A stretch of 64,000 nucleotides of DNA from Candidatus Omnitrophota bacterium. GTDB lineage: Bacteria; Omnitrophota; Gorgyraeia; Duberdicusellales; 4484-171. The notes beneath the pieces are model-generated. The model was given only the letters and a program-made list of their open reading frames with translations, searched no databases and was not told the DNA's origin. This document shows, piece by piece, positions 10,266 to 18,766 of the stretch (positions within the stretch are counted from its first letter, which is position 1; every line of letters starts with the position of its first letter). The DNA is taken from positions 3,238-67,237 of the forward strand of contig JAAEQW010000312.1 in the NCBI GenBank assembly GCA_024231025.1, given 5' to 3'. Both the position numbers and the translations under genes were made by a program.

Positions 10266-11196
10266 CAAACTTTTCCTCGGTTTGCATTCGTTGCCCACAA
10301 GCAAAGGAATAAGCATCCATTTCCTTCTTGCCATCCGGCTGCAACCGTTGCACCCGCAGGACCTTATCACCAGTTGCAATATCTATACCATCTTTACTAA
10401 TCTTTACTATTGTTGCCGGTTGGCAATTAGGCGATTGATCAACCAATGCAGTTCGCATAATTTTTATTGTCTTTCCTTTATAGTATGTATAAGCAGATGG
10501 CCAACCCAAGGTAGCTCTAACGAGATTTCTTATCTCCAGCGCACTCCGGCCCCAATTGATCTTACCATCTTTTTTCTCTAGTTTAGCGGCAAAAGAAATA
10601 TTACCTTTTTGAGGTATCAGCTTCGCAGTTCCATCATTCACCGCAGAAATCGATTCATCAAGAAGCAAAGCACCTTCCCTAGCTAATTTAAGCGTCATAG
10701 AGGCTACATCATCTGTATCGGTGATTAAAACTTCTTTTTGACTAATAATATCTCCGCTATCTGTGCCTGTTTCTATCTTAAAAATGCTAACCCCAGTTAC
10801 TTTATCTCCATTGCAGATAGCATAACTTATCGGTGCTGCACCGCGATAACAAGGCAAGAGTGATGGATGCACCCCTAAGGATATCTTCTTAGAAAGCGAA
10901 AACACAACAGATGGTAAAATTTTTCCATAATCAGCAATAATAATAAAATCGGCATTTTCATCCTTTATTCTGCCAACTACATTATCATCTTTTAAACTAT
11001 GCGGCTTAATGCATGTTATATTATTTTTTTCAGCAAAATTAGAAATCTCTGTGGCAGTAATTTTCAAGCCACGACCTTTGGGGCGATTAGGCTGGGTCAC
11101 AATTAAAGATGGGGTTAAACCTCTTAAATGTAGCGTTTCTAAAACTACACGCGAAAATATATCACTGCCAAAATATATAAATTTCACTCGATTCAA
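10255..11196 (-). CDS. fmt: methionyl-tRNA formyltransferase
   Basis: 313 aa, formyltransferase N domain (IIFFGSDIFS-like start, [14 protein letters not shown]) and C-terminal domain. Confidence 0.9.
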   Translation of the reverse strand: MNRVKFIYFGSDIFSRVVLETLHLRGLTPSLIVTQPNRPKGRGLKITATEISNFAEKNNITCIKPHSLKDDNVVGRIKDENADFIIIADYGKILPSVVFSLSKKISLGVHPSLLPCYRGAAPISYAICNGDKVTGVSIFKIETGTDSGDIISQKEVLITDTDDVASMTLKLAREGALLLDESISAVNDGTAKLIPQKGNISFAAKLEKKDGKINWGRSALEIRNLVRATLGWPSAYTYYKGKTIKIMRTALVDQSPNCQPATIVKISKDGIDIATGDKVLRVQRLQPDGKKEMDAYSFACGQRMQTEEKFDDG

Positions 11197-11203
11197 CCTC
11201 CAA

Positions 11204-12988
11204 TTATCTTATAATAACAGCAATCTTCATGCCCGAAGCTTTAATCGTTTGAAGTTGCTGCTCAATGACATCACGCAAGCCGCTATCCTTTTTCGATCGC
11301 ACAACAAGTGCGTAGCGGTAATAATCTCTTAATTTAAACGGGTACTCTTTAAGTGGGCCATAAACATTTAAGCCATTTTTCTCCAGCTTATTATATAACT
11401 GCTGTGCCCTTTTTAAAAGCAGCATTTCATTTTTAAAACGTAGAACAATCTTTACGACCAATCCAAATGGCGGCAAAGATAATTCCTCACGCAAGAGTAA
11501 TTCTTTATCATAAAATTCACTCCAATCATTTGAAATAGTATCAAACAGATAATGTTCCTTGTTACGGGTAAAAATATATATCTTGTCATTAAAAAACAAA
11601 GAAAGTTTTTTAAAATATACGCCGGCATTAAAAGTTGCATCGTAATTAAGTTGAGAAAGAAAAGAATCTCCATCCAAAACAAAACCAAGATCAAACTTCT
11701 CCTTTTTATAGAGGGTGCTCAATATTTTAGATGTAGAAAGAACAAACTGGGTATTTTCCGTTCGCTGGTCCCATGATGCTATATTGACATCGGTGAAGGT
11801 ACGCCTCAACATTCCTTCGAGACGCTGAATACCAAGCCCAGAAGACTTTACATATCCGCGGTTGCACTGATTGCATATTTTAGGCAAGCTATGCTTACGC
11901 CCGCAAAAAGAACAAATACCAAGCTCCTGACCAGCCAAAAGTCGCAAAAAAGTCGAACAGCGATCGCATTTGAATATATGTCCACACGAAGAACACAAAA
12001 TCACTCTTCCAAGACCAGAGCGCTGCCAAAAAATAACCACACGTTTCTTAGCAGTAATGGCCTTAGTTAATAAGGCTATCAGCAACGGACTAATTAGCTT
12101 TGTTTTTTTATATTGGCCAACACCAACAACTTCGATGTTGCTGGCAGACTCGCTTATACCCTTTAGTTTTACCTTTCCATCCTTTATTTTCTTGTAAGTC
12201 AAAAGCGATGGAAAATCAGCGCTCAAGATCAAATCAATTTTTTTTATTTTTGATAACAAAAATGCAACATCCAGCAAATTATAAAATGGCTTTTCTTCTT
12301 GAGAATAGGACGAATTGTTTTCATCTTCAACAACAAGCAAAGATAAGTCGCTAGGGTAATAAAAAACAGAGACCCTTGTTCCTAAGATAATTGTGTTTTT
12401 CCGGCTATCTTTCCAACTTGAAAACATTTGCTTTTCACTTTGCCGACTATAAATGGTTTTCACTCTGCCGGGAAAATCACGCTCAATTAGTGCTTGCGCC
12501 TGCTTAAGATAGGTAACCTGGGGAAAACAGATAAGCACTGAACCCTCGCAAAGCTTATCGCTGACAATACTTTTCCAAGCATTATACCTTTCAGCAAAGT
12601 TGTCTTGCTTAACAAAAATTTGGCAACCGCCACTTTTTTTCTCTAATTTTGAAGACAAGTCCAAATCCAAATTATGTGGCTTTTTCAAATACGTTGGAAG
12701 AAACATAAATAATAATTCACCCAAACTGTAAGGGTAATGTTTCTTTAACACCATGGCAAAATTTAAATGATCGTCATCTAAAATCGGTACATTGTCAAGA
12801 ATCTTTAGAATTGGCTTTAGCCTGAATTTTCCTGCGTTATCAGCTAAATTAACAACTACCCCTACTCTTTTACGTCGATTAAAATCAACTAAAACCCGCA
12901 TTCCGCGTTTTACATTAAACCCGGGCGGAATAAGATAGTCAAATTGCAGATCTTTTGCAATTGGAAAAACAATTTTAAGTATTTTCAT
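11204..12988 (-). CDS. priA: primosomal protein N' (PriA) homolog with degenerate Walker A / DEEH motifs
   Basis: 594 aa. The Cys-rich zinc region CSSCGH..CDRCS...CSFCG...CNQC is intact and co-linear with PriA. Where GxTGSGKT is expected the sequence reads VKQDNFAER, and the DEEH box reads VEDENNSSY. Confidence 0.7.
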   Translation of the reverse strand: MKILKIVFPIAKDLQFDYLIPPGFNVKRGMRVLVDFNRRKRVGVVVNLADNAGKFRLKPILKILDNVPILDDDHLNFAMVLKKHYPYSLGELLFMFLPTYLKKPHNLDLDLSSKLEKKSGGCQIFVKQDNFAERYNAWKSIVSDKLCEGSVLICFPQVTYLKQAQALIERDFPGRVKTIYSRQSEKQMFSSWKDSRKNTIILGTRVSVFYYPSDLSLLVVEDENNSSYSQEEKPFYNLLDVAFLLSKIKKIDLILSADFPSLLTYKKIKDGKVKLKGISESASNIEVVGVGQYKKTKLISPLLIALLTKAITAKKRVVIFWQRSGLGRVILCSSCGHIFKCDRCSTFLRLLAGQELGICSFCGRKHSLPKICNQCNRGYVKSSGLGIQRLEGMLRRTFTDVNIASWDQRTENTQFVLSTSKILSTLYKKEKFDLGFVLDGDSFLSQLNYDATFNAGVYFKKLSLFFNDKIYIFTRNKEHYLFDTISNDWSEFYDKELLLREELSLPPFGLVVKIVLRFKNEMLLLKRAQQLYNKLEKNGLNVYGPLKEYPFKLRDYYRYALVVRSKKDSGLRDVIEQQLQTIKASGMKIAVIIR

Positions 12989-14036
12989 TAATTAATTCGT
13001 CTATTTTGCACTTAAGTTTCGGACGTATATCGCATAAATTCAGAGGATAATGTTTTGCTAAATCACTGCCTTTTTCTACGAAATATTCTATCGCTTCGAT
13101 CAACTCTAAAGCGCTTTTGGTGCGCTTTCCGACACCACAATTTATAGCAATTTCCATATTACCTTCTTCTTGCCCGGGAATAAAATGCGTAAATACAAAT
13201 GTTTTTTTCTTGCAGACTCCTTCAAAAACAGTGGTCCCGCCAGGCTTTGTAATAATGACAGAGCTTAAGTGTGTTAACTCCCAGATATCCTCATAAAAAG
13301 AAAACATCCTAACCGATGGATTATCCAACTTCTCTAAATATGTTTTTAACCTCTTATTGCGCCCATAAATAACAAAAAAATTATATTTGTTAGACAGCTT
13401 ACTAAGTACTTTCTTAATAAACGGAAAATTGCCGCTAATTGAGGAGACAAATAAAACACAGGGCCTTTGATCAACTGAAAATTTATTGCGCAAGTCACTA
13501 GAGATAAGTTCTTTAAAAAATCCCTCCCTAACAGATGTGTAGCCAGAAATAATTTTGTTCTCGCTAACTCCTTGATTGATTAAATCATTCTTTGTTTCAG
13601 TGAAAGAAGCAAAATAACAATCAACACAAGGATGCACCCATAACGGATACACCTTGGTATCAGTTAAAATAACTATTAGTTTAAAGTTTAACTCACTTTT
13701 AAGCGATGCTAATAAAGGCGCAATAAAAAAATGAGTCGTAACAATCACTTTGGGTTTAGATTCTCTTATATACTTGAAAATAGAGAAAAATATTAAACTG
13801 TTAAGCTTGTTTACGACACGCCCGATCACCTGACTGCGTCCAGATGCAAGAATAAGGTTCCACAACCATATCATATGCTGCGTAAGAAAAAGATACCCGG
13901 TAAAAAATATTTTCTTAAGCACTCCGGGGCAAAACTCTAAAAGATCCTTACATGGCGCCTGTAAAGAATCTTTGAGGCATTCAGCAGCCCGCTTGTGACC
14001 TTCGCCAAAACTAGCATGGATAAGTAGAGTTTTCAT
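12975..14036 (-). CDS. GT28-family glycosyltransferase (MGDG-synthase / UgtP-like diacylglycerol glycosyltransferase)
   Basis: 353 aa; N-terminus MKTLLIHASFGEGHKRAAECL is typical of MGDG-synthase-like enzymes, with a C-terminal GT-B nucleotide-sugar half. Confidence 0.6.
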   Translation of the reverse strand: MKTLLIHASFGEGHKRAAECLKDSLQAPCKDLLEFCPGVLKKIFFTGYLFLTQHMIWLWNLILASGRSQVIGRVVNKLNSLIFFSIFKYIRESKPKVIVTTHFFIAPLLASLKSELNFKLIVILTDTKVYPLWVHPCVDCYFASFTETKNDLINQGVSENKIISGYTSVREGFFKELISSDLRNKFSVDQRPCVLFVSSISGNFPFIKKVLSKLSNKYNFFVIYGRNKRLKTYLEKLDNPSVRMFSFYEDIWELTHLSSVIITKPGGTTVFEGVCKKKTFVFTHFIPGQEEGNMEIAINCGVGKRTKSALELIEAIEYFVEKGSDLAKHYPLNLCDIRPKLKCKIDELINENT

Positions 14037-14038
14037 TT

Positions 14039-14632
14039 TCAGCCGCGGTGCTCACATAAATAGTAAGCTGCTAAGAGGAGATTATCAAAAACATAATCTG
14101 GTTCAAACTCCCAATTTTCTCGATTAGAGATTTTCTCTTTACCGGAAAGAACTAAAACTGATTTTGCTCCAAATGCGCGCGCTGCCTTCATGTCCGTAAA
14201 TGTATCCCCTACAAAAAAAGAAATTTTTGGATCTAAGTTAAACTCCGATACAATATTATGAAGAAGTCCGGGTTTTGGTTTTCGGCAAGTGCAATTATCA
14301 TCGTTAATATGCGTACAATAACGTACTGCATCAACGAAAGCATTGTTTTTCTTTAAACCTTTTATCATGCAACCGGTAATACCATCTAAGTCTTTTTGAG
14401 AATAAAGCCCTTTGGACACTCCTGCCTGGTTAGATACAACGTAAATCTTAAAACCATTTTCATTAAGCTTACGAATTCCCTGAATACTACCTGGTAAAAA
14501 CTCGAACTCTTTTTTACTGGTTACATACCGAGTATCACCTGGATACTTATTAATTACTCCGTCACGGTCAAGAAAGATTATTTTCATATTTTTTATCGTA
14601 ACATTGATTAGGCTATTTGCAAGGGTAATCAC
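14039..14632 (-). CDS. gmhB: HAD-IIIA phosphatase, D,D-heptose 1,7-bisphosphate phosphatase (GmhB)-like
   Basis: 197 aa, motif I IIFLDRDGVIN and GmhB/HisB-N-like downstream motifs (VSNQAGVSKG, CRKPKPGL, FVGD). Confidence 0.65.
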   Translation of the reverse strand: MITLANSLINVTIKNMKIIFLDRDGVINKYPGDTRYVTSKKEFEFLPGSIQGIRKLNENGFKIYVVSNQAGVSKGLYSQKDLDGITGCMIKGLKKNNAFVDAVRYCTHINDDNCTCRKPKPGLLHNIVSEFNLDPKISFFVGDTFTDMKAARAFGAKSVLVLSGKEKISNRENWEFEPDYVFDNLLLAAYYLCEHRG

Positions 14633-14671
14633 AGAATAACAAAAACGTCCCTTATGACGTTTCGTTATTCT

Positions 14672-15370
14672 CTAGCCCAAAGCCTTCAATATCTTAGCTC
14701 TATCAACGACAATGTACTCACCAGGACCTAAAACACCTAACAGGAGCTTTCCTATTCTTACCCTCTTAAGGGATTTTACACCAAAATTAAGACCCCTGAA
14801 TAACCGTCTTAGGTGCCGCTTCTTACCCTCAGCAACAACAACCGAACACTTACTTTCATATTCAGTTTGTTTAATGATTTTTATTCGCTTAACTCTTAAT
14901 AGGTCACCTTCGTTAGTGACACCCGCAATTGCCTTTGCGCAATCATTGGTAGTAAATCTACCTCTTACTGTTAGAACGTACTCCTTTTCTGTAACAAATT
15001 TCGGATGAGTCAACTCAAAACAAAGATCACCATCATTTGTGAGAATAAGAAGACCGGTAGAGTTTTTGTCTAGCCTGCCAACGGGATACAAACTTTTAAA
15101 TTTATTCTCAAGAAAATCAATTACTGTTTTATCAGCAAATTTGTCTTTTCTGGTTGTGGTTACCCCCTTTGGCTTATTAAAAATAATGTAAATTTTATCT
15201 TTACGATCAACCACCTTACCATTGACTAAAACTTTGTCACTTTCAGCAACTCTAAAAAACGGCTCTTTCACCACTTTGCCGTTTACACTAACTTTTCCTT
15301 GCTGGATTAAAAGATCCGCACCTCGTCGAGAAGCAAATCCACTTTTAGCTATGAATAAACTAAGTCGCAT
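14672..15370 (-). CDS. rRNA pseudouridine synthase (RsuA/RluB family)
   Basis: 232 aa, N-terminal S4 domain and catalytic motif PVGRLDKNSTGLLILTNDG. Confidence 0.85.
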   Translation of the reverse strand: MRLSLFIAKSGFASRRGADLLIQQGKVSVNGKVVKEPFFRVAESDKVLVNGKVVDRKDKIYIIFNKPKGVTTTRKDKFADKTVIDFLENKFKSLYPVGRLDKNSTGLLILTNDGDLCFELTHPKFVTEKEYVLTVRGRFTTNDCAKAIAGVTNEGDLLRVKRIKIIKQTEYESKCSVVVAEGKKRHLRRLFRGLNFGVKSLKRVRIGKLLLGVLGPGEYIVVDRAKILKALG

Positions 15371-16646
15371 ATGTTACCCCTTCACTAACCTTTTCAATGC
15401 AAACAGGAATTATTTCACCCAAAGGATAAGTCCCGTTTTTCTGAACCCTCAAATAGTTTTGAGTATAGCCACACACGTAACCGTCTTTTTGCTCTTCAAC
15501 AACCATATTCAGTGTTTTTGCAATAAATCGTTTTCTGTATTCTAATGAGAATTCTTTTGATAACTCATTTAAAACGCCGTAGCGTTCTTTATTTTTTGCG
15601 TAATCGGTCATTTTTAAATCTGAAAATGGGGTTTTCTCTCTTGGAGAAAATGTAAAAATGTGCATCCGCATGGGCTTTACCTGCTTTAGGAAGTCCACTG
15701 TATTAGAAAATGTTGCCTCATCCTCTGCGGGAAAACCAACCATAATATCGCAACTAATCGCGATATCAGGAGAAATCTTTCTAGCCTTATTTATTACGTC
15801 TAGGTACAGCTCTGTTGTTTCTTTTTTGTTCATTGCTTTAAGAATTTTATTGTCACAACTTTGAAATGGAAGATGAAGATGTGGGCAAAGCTTTGGATTA
15901 TTTAAGAAACTAAGTAACCGGTCATTTATTAATATTGGCTCCAAAGAACTTAGTCGCAAGCGTCCGACGTTTAATTCTAAAGTGCTATCTAGAAGATCAA
16001 CCAACGAAGAACCAAAATCACGACCATAAAGCCCCAGGTTAACCCCGCATAAAACTATCTCCCGATGTAAACTAGAAAGCCTCTTAACCTCTCTAAGGAC
16101 ATCATCAAGCTTGCGGCTACGTGATCGACCTCGTATATGAGGTATTTTACAAAACGAACAAAAATGATCACAACCATCCTGCACCTTAACAAACGCTCGC
16201 TGATTAGAAAAACTATTGACTTTGAGCGACCAAATACTTTTTTGGTCAGATTGACGATTTAGCACTATATCCACTAATGAATATTTGTCGTCCTGACTAA
16301 TTAGATAGTCAAAACCAAGGCCTTCTAAAGATGACTGATTAATCTGGACTAAACATCCGCAGATTGCTATCTTTGCGCTTGAATTCTCTTTCCTGATTTT
16401 TGATACCAATTCTTTTGATTTACTATCCGCACGAGCAGTGACACTGCAGCTATTAATTACGTATAGATCTGCAATGCCATCAGTAATAGTGCATCCGGCA
16501 TCAGTAAATTGCTCAATTAAAGCTTGGCTTTCGTATTGGTTTACCTTACAGCCGAGAGTATAGAATTTGATCCTCCTACACCCTTCGGGCTTCGAAGGAC
16601 AGGCTTTAATTGGCTTGTTTGAATTTTGTTCTGATTCTTTTGACAT
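15360..16646 (-). CDS. mtaB: tRNA methylthiotransferase (MiaB/MtaB/RimO family radical SAM)
   Basis: MTTase N domain (FYTLGCKVNQYES), radical SAM CDHFCSFCKIP and TRAM-like C-terminus. Start placed at ATG 16646 (MSKESEQNSNKP...); the track's upstream start is a TTG. Confidence 0.85.
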   Translation of the reverse strand: MSKESEQNSNKPIKACPSKPEGCRRIKFYTLGCKVNQYESQALIEQFTDAGCTITDGIADLYVINSCSVTARADSKSKELVSKIRKENSSAKIAICGCLVQINQSSLEGLGFDYLISQDDKYSLVDIVLNRQSDQKSIWSLKVNSFSNQRAFVKVQDGCDHFCSFCKIPHIRGRSRSRKLDDVLREVKRLSSLHREIVLCGVNLGLYGRDFGSSLVDLLDSTLELNVGRLRLSSLEPILINDRLLSFLNNPKLCPHLHLPFQSCDNKILKAMNKKETTELYLDVINKARKISPDIAISCDIMVGFPAEDEATFSNTVDFLKQVKPMRMHIFTFSPREKTPFSDLKMTDYAKNKERYGVLNELSKEFSLEYRKRFIAKTLNMVVEEQKDGYVCGYTQNYLRVQKNGTYPLGEIIPVCIEKVSEGVTYAT

Positions 16647-16734
16647 ATTGTTTCCGTTGTTTAGCAAGTCCTTACGGTTCTAGTAAATTGTTGTGATATT
16701 ATAACAAAATAAACCTATTTGGAAAGAAATTATC

Positions 16735-16925
16735 TGGCGGCAGGGAAAGATATTAAGGGTTCCCTTCCCTTTTTAGGAGGATGAGGCAAGCGCATCCCGT
16801 AAAAACACTTCACGTTAACGGGACAGGCGCCGGAAGCAACGGATACGCCTCTGGCGTAGCAGTCTGACGACTGCGCTTGCCGAGGGAGGAATTTTGTCTC
16901 TCCTCTGTTATAATTACGATTTTCA
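16735..16925. ncRNA. GC-rich structured non-coding element, candidate ncRNA of unknown class
   Basis: A ~190 nt stretch much more GC-rich than its surroundings. Nested complementary segments: GGAGGAGAG/CTCATCCTCC, GGCAAGCGCA/TGCGCTTGCC (10 bp), ACGCC/GGCGT, TCCCGT/ACGGGA. Plus-strand hairpin GGGAAAG...CCTTCCC followed by TTTTT at 16745-16775. No credible protein; the listed 70 aa ORF is low-complexity. Confidence 0.35.
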
Positions 16926-16956
16926 CTGAAAATAACAAACAAATATTATCTATTTC

Positions 16957-17073
16957 TTAATAGGCGCCAGTATAATCTCTGCACACATCATCCTGAACCT
17001 CAACTACAAACAAACTTACAAAACAAGCAAACACAAAACATAAAATTCCCAAAAATACAACCTTTCTCATCAT
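16957..17073 (-). CDS. small hydrophobic peptide (38 aa), translationally coupled to upstream TPR gene
   Basis: Unlisted ORF MMRKVVFLGILCFVFACFVSLFVVEVQDDVCRDYTGAY. Strong SD AAGGAGAGC overlaps the stop codon of the 17081..18727 gene. Confidence 0.35.
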   Translation of the reverse strand: MMRKVVFLGILCFVFACFVSLFVVEVQDDVCRDYTGAY

Positions 17074-17080
17074 GCTCTCC

Positions 17081-18727
17081 TTAATGCTCTTTTACATCAA
17101 ATATGCCGTCATCAATATAATCATTTAAAGAAACAATTTCTATCTGCCAATCTTGAGTTAAATGTGCTGTATCCTGAATAAAACCTTTTCTTTTTCCCCG
17201 TAACGGAAAATGCAACCCTTCAACCTCCTGCACCGATTTAATAACAGTTTCTGTCGCTAAATCTTCTTTTCGTCCACTCCCAAACACTCCACGCCAATAC
17301 TCACGTTCCATAACTATGAGATTAAATTTAGTATCAATTAAAAACTCTATTCTTACTATTGGTGGCCAATTGTCCTCTTGTGTTTCATTATAGTTAGCAG
17401 TTACCAAATAAAGGCTGGAATTATGTTCAGTATATAAGTCTTTCAACTCTTCAGGGATATTCTCTATTCTTTTAATCCCGCTCAGACGTAATTTTCTAGA
17501 TTCGATATAACCTTCGATGTCTAATTTACGTAGACTCATAAGATAATCAACAGCTCCAGGTTGCATATCATAGGGATCATCCACCTTGTTAGTTCTGCCG
17601 TCAACCATATATAGTTTATTTTCGGTAAAAATACTTATAGCGCGCCTAGTAATGGTCTTTAAATAAAAAGGGCTTTTATAATAGGCCTCTTCAAGCGTTT
17701 CGCTCGTGCTCCCGGAAACTTTCTTATAATGTATTGTTTGAATCCTACCCATGTCATCATTGCAGGTCTTCACTAGTCCGTTTAATGTTTTATCGCTATC
17801 TGAAAGCTGATAAAGGGACGATCGTGATAAGTCATAATTTTCTAGCCTCTTAACTGCCTTATTTTTATATTTTAGTTTCTCGTCTTGTGAGATTCCGTCA
17901 TATAATAGGATTAATTCTGTATCTTCGCCGCTAATAAGCTGCTTCATCATCTCCTTCTGAGATTCACCTCTCTCTAGGACTCTCACTCCAAGCTCAGCAG
18001 CATCATAGTGACCAATAGTTTTTCTCAAAAATTCTAAATATTGCTGATCCTGAGCAATCTCCGAAGATAATTCAAAAGTTTTTTCTAAATGATACATTAT
18101 CCGCAAACATAACTCCTCGGAAAAATACTTCTGCTGTCCAATCTCATTATAACAATCAACTAAGCGATAATGTATTTTTGATAAGTCATTATTCAAAGTT
18201 TGGCGGCCGATTATTTCAGGGTTAGCTAGCATGATATTGATTGCATCTGAAAAATATTTGGTAGCATCAAGGTAACGTTTCTTGTTGTAACAATATTCAC
18301 CCAACCAATAATTAATCTCTGGGTGATTTGGATATTGAGTGTATTTCTCCTGGAGAATCGCTAAGCCCTGTTCAATGTTATCAATCCTCCAATAGTCCAA
18401 TACAACAGCAATCGCCTCTTCTATTTCTCTCATTTCTCTTTGGCTGAAACTGGCTTGTTTCATTGTGCTACTGCTAGAAACCGATCTTTGGGAAATATCT
18501 GTATAATGCCCTATGTCCTGTTCTGTACTTCCTTCTACATAATCAATGTCATCCAAATAATATGTCAAAAGCACGCCATGGATATTAGCCTTTATAAAAT
18601 CTACATTTCTTTCAATAATTTCTCCCTCTACCTTTTTCCCATCCTTTAGATGAATAGTGGCGCAGAAACAAACACTGACAGAAGAACTTGTAATAAATAA
18701 AATCAAAATAAGTATTTTCAAAAACAT
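17081..18727 (-). CDS. secreted TPR-repeat protein with conserved N-terminal beta-rich domain (paralog of 21930..23234)
   Basis: 548 aa, signal peptide MFLKILILILFITSSSVSVCFC. N-domain IHLKDGKKVEGEIIERNVDFIKANIHGVLLTYYLDDIDYVEG, then TPR-like helices. Confidence 0.6.
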   Translation of the reverse strand: MFLKILILILFITSSSVSVCFCATIHLKDGKKVEGEIIERNVDFIKANIHGVLLTYYLDDIDYVEGSTEQDIGHYTDISQRSVSSSSTMKQASFSQREMREIEEAIAVVLDYWRIDNIEQGLAILQEKYTQYPNHPEINYWLGEYCYNKKRYLDATKYFSDAINIMLANPEIIGRQTLNNDLSKIHYRLVDCYNEIGQQKYFSEELCLRIMYHLEKTFELSSEIAQDQQYLEFLRKTIGHYDAAELGVRVLERGESQKEMMKQLISGEDTELILLYDGISQDEKLKYKNKAVKRLENYDLSRSSLYQLSDSDKTLNGLVKTCNDDMGRIQTIHYKKVSGSTSETLEEAYYKSPFYLKTITRRAISIFTENKLYMVDGRTNKVDDPYDMQPGAVDYLMSLRKLDIEGYIESRKLRLSGIKRIENIPEELKDLYTEHNSSLYLVTANYNETQEDNWPPIVRIEFLIDTKFNLIVMEREYWRGVFGSGRKEDLATETVIKSVQEVEGLHFPLRGKRKGFIQDTAHLTQDWQIEIVSLNDYIDDGIFDVKEH

Positions 18728-18766
18728 AATTACTCCCTGAATTTTCGGCTTACGGTTTAACCAAGA

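Noticed and set aside
15360-16667. Idea that the N-terminal ~30 aa of the mtaB ORF were an annotation artefact caused by read-through into a repeat
   Set aside because: The duplicated fragments at 23.8 and 25.1 kb preserve the same reading frame and start codon, so the N-terminal extension is real coding sequence; only the track's TTG start upstream of ATG 16646 was dropped.
16735-16925. Possibility that the GC-rich element is SRP RNA, 6S, tmRNA or RNase P RNA
   Set aside because: I could not find the SRP helix-8 GGAAGCAGC-type motif, a tmRNA tRNA-like 3' end or RNase P conserved blocks by eye, so it is left unclassified rather than named.
16730-16942. 70-aa minus-strand ORF in the GC-rich element
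   Set aside because: No recognisable domain or start context; the region is better explained as structured non-coding sequence.
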